The notes under the pieces: model-generated
What the model was told of the DNA's origin: nothing
Seen by the model: only the letters and a program-made list of their open reading frames with translations
Database searches by the model: none
Position numbers and translations under genes: made by a program
Origin: Pseudomonadota bacterium
GTDB lineage: Bacteria; Pseudomonadota; Gammaproteobacteria; Burkholderiales; SG8-39
Direction of reading: 5' to 3'
Length of the DNA: 64,000 nucleotides
Assembly: GCA_040752005.1 (NCBI GenBank)
Contig: JBFMFX010000017.1
Coordinates: 10,871-74,870 of the forward strand
Shown here: positions 59,034-64,000 of the stretch, piece after piece
Position numbering within the stretch: position 1 is the stretch's first letter
Layout of the letters: the number at the start of each line of letters is the position of its first letter

Positions 59034-59963
59034 ATGAGCAACTTGAACGACGTCGCGGGTCTGCGGCTGGCCTGCGGTACCTACCCCGAGGTGGAATACG
59101 AGTTTGAGCCGGCGATCGGCACCGTCTGGGGCTACATGCGGCAGCGAGGCACTCCCTGCTTCAATCTCGGGCTGCTGAAATCCATTCGGGAGTTCGGTAA
59201 CGCGCTCACGGCGAACGGCGGCACGGTCGAGTGCGGCGGGACCCGGTACAAGGTGAACTACTACGTCGCCGCCTCCCGGGTGCCGCGCGTGTTCAACCTG
59301 GGCGGGGATATCGCGCTGTTCCTGCTGCTGATCAAGTCGGGCGATCGCGACGCGCTGGCGCATTACGCGCACCTGTGCATAGATAACATCTACGCTCGGG
59401 TGCGGAACTATGGCTGCCCGGAGCTGACGACGATCTCTCTGGTGCAGGGCGAGGCGCTCGGCGGCGGGTTCGAAACCGCGCTCGCCTCCGACGTCATCGT
59501 CGCCGAGGAATCAGCGATGATGGGACTGCCGGAAATCCTGTTCAACCTGTTCCCCGGAATGGGAGCCTACAGCCTGCTCGCCCGCCGCGTCGGGCCGCGG
59601 GTCGCCGAGGAGCTGATCCTCTCGGGGCGCGTCCTGCCCGCTGCACGGCTTCACGAAATGGGCATCGTCGACGTGTTGGCGAAGGACGGCGAAGGCGAGG
59701 CCGCGGTCCGCAGCTGGATCGCGAAGAACGCGCGCCGGCGCATCGGCTTTCAGGCGGTGATGCAGGCGCGCAAACAGGTATTTCCGCTCACGCGCGCCGA
59801 ACTCGATGCCGTCGTCGAAACATGGCTCGACTGCGCCCTGCGCATCGAGGAGCGCGACCTGCGCATGATGGAGCGTCTCGTACGCGCGCAGCTGGAGCGC
59901 ATGGAGCGCGGCGCCTGGGGAGGTGTCGGCGGTGGAGCCGCGGCTGCTGCCGCCGCGGGCTAA
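59034..59963 (+). CDS. rpfF: DSF-family (cis-2-enoic acid) signal synthase, crotonase fold, RpfF homologue
   Basis: VFNLGGDIALF, LVQGEALGGGFETAL, MMGLPEILFNLFPGMGAYSLLARR and MERLVRAQ parallel RpfF. Both catalytic Glu positions are retained. SD GGAGGAG lies upstream. Confidence 0.88.
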   Translation: MSNLNDVAGLRLACGTYPEVEYEFEPAIGTVWGYMRQRGTPCFNLGLLKSIREFGNALTANGGTVECGGTRYKVNYYVAASRVPRVFNLGGDIALFLLLIKSGDRDALAHYAHLCIDNIYARVRNYGCPELTTISLVQGEALGGGFETALASDVIVAEESAMMGLPEILFNLFPGMGAYSLLARRVGPRVAEELILSGRVLPAARLHEMGIVDVLAKDGEGEAAVRSWIAKNARRRIGFQAVMQARKQVFPLTRAELDAVVETWLDCALRIEERDLRMMERLVRAQLERMERGAWGGVGGGAAAAAAAG

Positions 59964-62488
59964 CCCGCCGAGGTGCGGCGCTCCCGCAGATACTGCTCGA
60001 GCGCCGCACGCGTTGCGGCGAGCTCCTCGCGCAGCGATTTCAGCAGCGCCGGCGCCTGCAGCTTGAGCTCGGGGTCGGAAAGTCTGCCGATATCGCGGCA
60101 AAGGGCCGTCAGCCGCTCCGCGCCCATGCTCGCCGCAGAGCCCTTCATGGCATGCAGGTGGCTGCGGAATTCGGGCGCGTTGCGCGCCGCGAGCGCGGCC
60201 TCCAGCCTGCTCAACAAGGCCGCGTTGTCGGCGGTGAACACCCCGATCAGCTTGTCCATGAAAGCGGGCGAGGACCCGAGCTCCTCCAGGTCGCGCAGCG
60301 TCTGCGGATTGACCACCGGCACCGCCCCGGCCGGCTGCTCGGCGCGAACCGCCTGCGGCGGCTCGACCGCTGGCGCCCGCCGCGGCTGCGCTTGCCTGGG
60401 GGCGCACAGAGCTTGGATCTCCTCGAGCAGCCTCCCAGCCTCCACCGGCTTGCCGAGGAACGCGTCGGCCCCCGCTTCCAGGCTTTCCTGCCTCGCCTCG
60501 GGCGTGACGTCGGCAGAAAGCAGGATCACGGGCATGCGCGTCGCCGCAGTAAGACGGATCGCCTTGACGGTATCCGTGCCGCTCATGCCCGGCATGTTCC
60601 GGTCAATAATCGCGATGTCGTAGCGGCCCGCCTCGAGCGCATCGAGCGCGCGATCACCGTCGGCAACCAGCGTGGGCACGTGGCCGGCCCGCTCCAGGAT
60701 CCGGCCGAGCACCTCGCGGTTGGTCGGATTGTCGTCGGCAACAAGCACCTTCAGGCCGACGGCGCCCGGCGCGCGGCGCGCGTAGTCCTGCAGCCGCACC
60801 ACCCCCTCGCGCGCCTCCTCCCCGGCGCGGACCGCGTGCAGCACGTGGAAAAGCTGCCGTTTGTCCACAGGCAGTTCCAGCAGCGCACCGAACCCTGCCG
60901 CAAGCGCCTCCCCGCGCGGCACCACACCGTCACGCTGGACTGCGAGCACCAGCGCCGGGGCGGGCTCAGGTACCGCGCGCCGGAAGCGCTGCGCCGGCCG
61001 CAGGTCCTTGTCGTCGGTGTAGATCAGGACGCTGTGATAGGGCCGCGCCAGGCTGATCTCCGCCACGATCCGGCTGATCCCCTCTTCGACATCGGACACA
61101 GCGATCGGCGTCGCCCCCCATCCCTCGAGCGCCTGCTCCAGCGCTTGCCGGTGCTGCGCCGGAAAGCCGACCAGCATCACCCGCGCGCCGGCGAGCTCGC
61201 CCGTACCGGTCACCGCGCGCTCCGGCTGCTTCTCGAGCTCGATCTCGAACCAGAACGTGCTGCCCAGGCCCACCGCGCTCTCCAGCCCGATGCGTCCGCC
61301 CATCAGCTCGACCAGCTGCTTGGCGATCGTGGTGCCCAGACCGGTGCCCCCGAAGCGCCGGGTGGTGGACTGGTCAGCCTGCATGAAGCTCTCGAAGATG
61401 CGCTGCTGCACCTCCGGCGCGATGCCGATGCCTGTGTCGCGCACCGAGAACTTAAGCTGCACGCGGGAGTCGGTTTCCTGCTGCACGCTCACGTGAACGG
61501 TCACGCTCCCCCGCTCGGTGAACTTGACCGCGTTGGCCACGAGATTGATCAGCACCTGGCGCAGGTGGTGCGCGTCGCCGCGCACCGCCAGCGGCACCTC
61601 CGGCATGATCGAAACTACGAAGTCCACACCCTTCGCCGCCGCCTGCGTGGCAAGGATGCGGCACGTGCTGTTCACCAGTGCATGCAGGTCGAAGTCGCTG
61701 CGTTCCAGCGCCAGCTTGCCCGCCTCGATCTTGGAGAAATCGAGCACGTCGTCCACCAGGCCGAGCATCACCCGCGCCGACCCGCGCAGCGTCTGCAGCA
61801 TGTCAGCCTGCTCGCGGTTGAGCGGGGTATCGCGCAGCAGGTCCGCCATACCGATGATCGCGTTGAGCGGCGTCCTCATCTCGTGGCTCACCACCGAGAT
61901 GAAGCGGCGCTTGGCCTGATTGGCGGCCTCGGCGCGCTCCAGCGCGTTGGACATGCGGCGCACGAGCGTCAGCACGTACAGACTCAGGGCCGCGAACCCG
62001 ACCATCATCCCGATGCCCACGCTCACCCGCTCGCGCCAGTACTCGCTCAGGACCATCGCTGTCGCAAAGCCGAGCGTGCTCAGCCCCAAGGAGACGACGA
62101 GATAGCGCGCGCCGTAGCGAAAGCCGTTGCCGAAGGTGAACCACAAGTACACGAGAAACAGGGGAACGCCCTTTTCTCCGAAGTACGCGATGCACCAGCT
62201 CAGGGTGGCGGAATCGAGGACCGTACCGAGAATGCGCCGGCTGGGCGATGCCTGAGGAAACGCGAGAATCGCTCCCAGAATGAACGCCGACAGGACAAGA
62301 AAGGCGACCCAGACCAGAAAGTGCGGTTCCTGCAACTCCGCCGAGCGCCGTTCCAGCATTTCCGGAAGCAGGTAAAGACCGAGCAGCAACCCCACCACCA
62401 TCCGCACGATCGCCTGCTCGTGCTCGGTGTCCGGGCGCGCCGCGAGGCGCGCCTTGAGTGCCGCGACGAGCGTGCCCGGAGCGATCAT
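59960..62488 (-). CDS. rpfC: RpfC-type hybrid sensor kinase (TM input-HisKA-HATPase-pseudoREC-REC-HPt)
   Basis: The RpfC-like input has RLAARPDTEHEQAIVRMVV and WFTFGNGFRYG. Also present are the H-box SHEMRTPLNAI, REC IAIIDRNMPGMSG and HPt HLHAMKGSA. The start is trimmed to MIAPGTL. Confidence 0.88.
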   Translation of the reverse strand: MIAPGTLVAALKARLAARPDTEHEQAIVRMVVGLLLGLYLLPEMLERRSAELQEPHFLVWVAFLVLSAFILGAILAFPQASPSRRILGTVLDSATLSWCIAYFGEKGVPLFLVYLWFTFGNGFRYGARYLVVSLGLSTLGFATAMVLSEYWRERVSVGIGMMVGFAALSLYVLTLVRRMSNALERAEAANQAKRRFISVVSHEMRTPLNAIIGMADLLRDTPLNREQADMLQTLRGSARVMLGLVDDVLDFSKIEAGKLALERSDFDLHALVNSTCRILATQAAAKGVDFVVSIMPEVPLAVRGDAHHLRQVLINLVANAVKFTERGSVTVHVSVQQETDSRVQLKFSVRDTGIGIAPEVQQRIFESFMQADQSTTRRFGGTGLGTTIAKQLVELMGGRIGLESAVGLGSTFWFEIELEKQPERAVTGTGELAGARVMLVGFPAQHRQALEQALEGWGATPIAVSDVEEGISRIVAEISLARPYHSVLIYTDDKDLRPAQRFRRAVPEPAPALVLAVQRDGVVPRGEALAAGFGALLELPVDKRQLFHVLHAVRAGEEAREGVVRLQDYARRAPGAVGLKVLVADDNPTNREVLGRILERAGHVPTLVADGDRALDALEAGRYDIAIIDRNMPGMSGTDTVKAIRLTAATRMPVILLSADVTPEARQESLEAGADAFLGKPVEAGRLLEEIQALCAPRQAQPRRAPAVEPPQAVRAEQPAGAVPVVNPQTLRDLEELGSSPAFMDKLIGVFTADNAALLSRLEAALAARNAPEFRSHLHAMKGSAASMGAERLTALCRDIGRLSDPELKLQAPALLKSLREELAATRAALEQYLRERRTSAG

Positions 62489-63579
62489 CTGCCCGCCTCG
62501 GCCATGGTGTCCTGGAAGTCGCGCTGCACTTCCAGCACCTTGGCCTTCATCCCGAGAAACGCATCCACCATGCGCGGATCGAAGTGCTTGCCGCGCTGGG
62601 CGCGAAGGTACTCGAATGCGTCCTCCGGCCGCCACGCCTTCTTGTACGGGCGCCGGGAGGTGAGCGCGTCGTAGACATCGGCCACCGCGACGATGCGCGC
62701 GCAAAGCGGAATGTGGTCGCCGTCCAGCCCGCTCGGGTAGCCCTTGCCGTCGTAGCGCTCATGGTGCCCGAGCGCGATCAGCGCCCCCATGCGCACGTAC
62801 TTGGAAGCGCTGCCCTTGAGGATCTCGTGGCCGATCAGCGGATGGCGCTGCATGACGTTCCATTCCGGCTCGTCCAGCCGCCCCGGCTTGAGCAGGATGC
62901 CGTCGGGAATGCCGATCTTGCCGATGTCGTGCAGCGGCGCCGCCAGCTCGATCGTCTCGGCCTCGTCGCGCTCCAGACCGATGGCGTTGGCGATCAGGCG
63001 CGAGTACCGCGCCATGCGGATGAGGTGATAGCCCGTCTCCTCGTCGCGGAATTCGCCCGCGCGCGCAAGGCGCAGAAGCGTCTCCTTTTCGCGCTCGCGG
63101 ATCTCGCGCGTGGCCTCCTCCACCATGCCTTCGAGCAACTTGCGCTTGTCGTCGAGGGCGAGCTGCTGGCGGCGCAGCGTCAGCAGGTTGCGGCAGCGCG
63201 CCAGGCACTCGCGCGCATCCACCGGCTTGATGAGGAAGTCGGTGATGCCGGCATCGAGCGCCGCGTATCGCACCCCCTTGTCCTCCTGCGCAGTGACCAT
63301 CACCATCGGCACGTGTTCGTAGCCGGGGAGTGCGCGCAGCCGTCCGACCAGCTCGATGCCGTTCATGTCGGGCATGAGGTAGTCCACGAGCACGAGGTCG
63401 GCGACGTGGCGCGTCGCCCACACCACCGCGTCCACCGGACGGGCGAAGCCCTCGACGATGACGCGCTCGTCGAGGCTGCGCACCACCTGCTCGAGGATGG
63501 CGCGGCCGGTGGATTGATCGTCCACGACCATGACGGTGTTGCGGGTAGCGGGCAGCACCAGGAGCTGCGCCTTGGCCAT
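62485..63579 (-). CDS. rpfG: Response regulator with HD-GYP c-di-GMP phosphodiesterase domain (RpfG-type)
   Basis: The REC part has VMVVDD...LVLVDYLMPDMNG. The HD-GYP part has PLHDIGKIGIP...HHERYDGKGYP. The stop overlaps the rpfC ATG (ATGA). Confidence 0.9.
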   Translation of the reverse strand: MAKAQLLVLPATRNTVMVVDDQSTGRAILEQVVRSLDERVIVEGFARPVDAVVWATRHVADLVLVDYLMPDMNGIELVGRLRALPGYEHVPMVMVTAQEDKGVRYAALDAGITDFLIKPVDARECLARCRNLLTLRRQQLALDDKRKLLEGMVEEATREIREREKETLLRLARAGEFRDEETGYHLIRMARYSRLIANAIGLERDEAETIELAAPLHDIGKIGIPDGILLKPGRLDEPEWNVMQRHPLIGHEILKGSASKYVRMGALIALGHHERYDGKGYPSGLDGDHIPLCARIVAVADVYDALTSRRPYKKAWRPEDAFEYLRAQRGKHFDPRMVDAFLGMKAKVLEVQRDFQDTMAEAGR

Positions 63580-63723
63580 CGCTCTCTCCCAGCCGATTTT
63601 CGCGCGGCAACAGCCTACGCCGGGCCGGCGGTCAGTGTCCAGCCGAAAAGTTCCGCACCTGATAGAGCTGACAAAGGCTTACGGAACTGCGCCCGCGTTT
63701 CGATCAGGGTGCCGCCGGCCGGC

Positions 63724-64000
63724 CTAGGCACGCTCGGCGACTAGGACGACGTTCGACCCCCCAAAGCCGAACGAATTGGACATCACGGCCCGCAAGTCGC
63801 CGGCGCGTTCAGCTTCCCGGGCAACGTGGCGCACCGCACAAGCCGGATCGGGTTCGTCGAGGTGCGCCGTTGGCGGCAGAACGCCCTCGCAGAGCGGCAT
63901 CAGGGCGGCGGCGAGCTCGAGCGCTCCGGCCGCGCCGAGAAGATGACCATGCATGGACTTGGTAGAGCTGACCGGCACGCGCTCGCCAACCTCGCCAAGC
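63724..64000 (-). CDS. Beta-ketoacyl-ACP synthase (KAS I/II family), C-terminal part; N-terminus beyond the window end
   Basis: STKSMHGHLLGAAGALE...NSFGFGGSNVVLV is the KAS C-terminal signature. Confidence 0.85.
   Translation of the reverse strand, partial: LGEVGERVPVSSTKSMHGHLLGAAGALELAAALMPLCEGVLPPTAHLDEPDPACAVRHVAREAERAGDLRAVMSNSFGFGGSNVVLVAERA

Overview
Gene-dense chromosomal segment of 64 kb, roughly 70% GC by eye. I call about 65 CDS and saw no rRNA, tRNA, CRISPR array, transposase, integrase or phage gene. The synteny blocks (glyA-nrdR-ribD-ribE, purM/hda, pcnB-folK-panC, dcd-apbC/metG, pmbA/darP, thyA...folA, dnaE) suggest a beta-proteobacterial core chromosome; this is inference, as no search was possible. 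Accessory content, in window order:
- A TctD/TctE-like two-component pair followed by xdhC and mocA-like molybdenum-cofactor genes.
- A czcCBA-type HME-RND efflux operon.
- A form-II (AYRGAGR) coxSLM molybdo-hydroxylase operon. Its coxD-coxE-coxG accessory operon also carries a malonyl-CoA decarboxylase and an AlaX editing protein.
- A PilZ protein divergent from a receiver-like Hanks kinase that is start/stop-coupled to thyA.
- A degenerate sigma-54-activator-like AAA+ protein between thyA and folA.
- A fold-type-III ornithine/lysine-type decarboxylase behind a near-consensus promoter and a strongly SD-led 19-codon uORF.
- At the right end, a complete Xanthomonas-style rpfF / rpfG-rpfC DSF-type signalling cluster.
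Two organisation patterns recur. Many adjacent genes have 1- or 4-nt start/stop overlaps, and several start codons sit 6-9 nt downstream of -10-like hexamers, which suggests leaderless mRNAs. The most novel candidates are the rpf cluster with its non-canonical neighbours, the MCD/AlaX-containing cox accessory operon, the decarboxylase leader, and the kinase-thyA / degenerate-bEBP / folA neighbourhood. None could be verified without database searches. The many very long antisense ORFs in the track are treated as high-GC artefacts.
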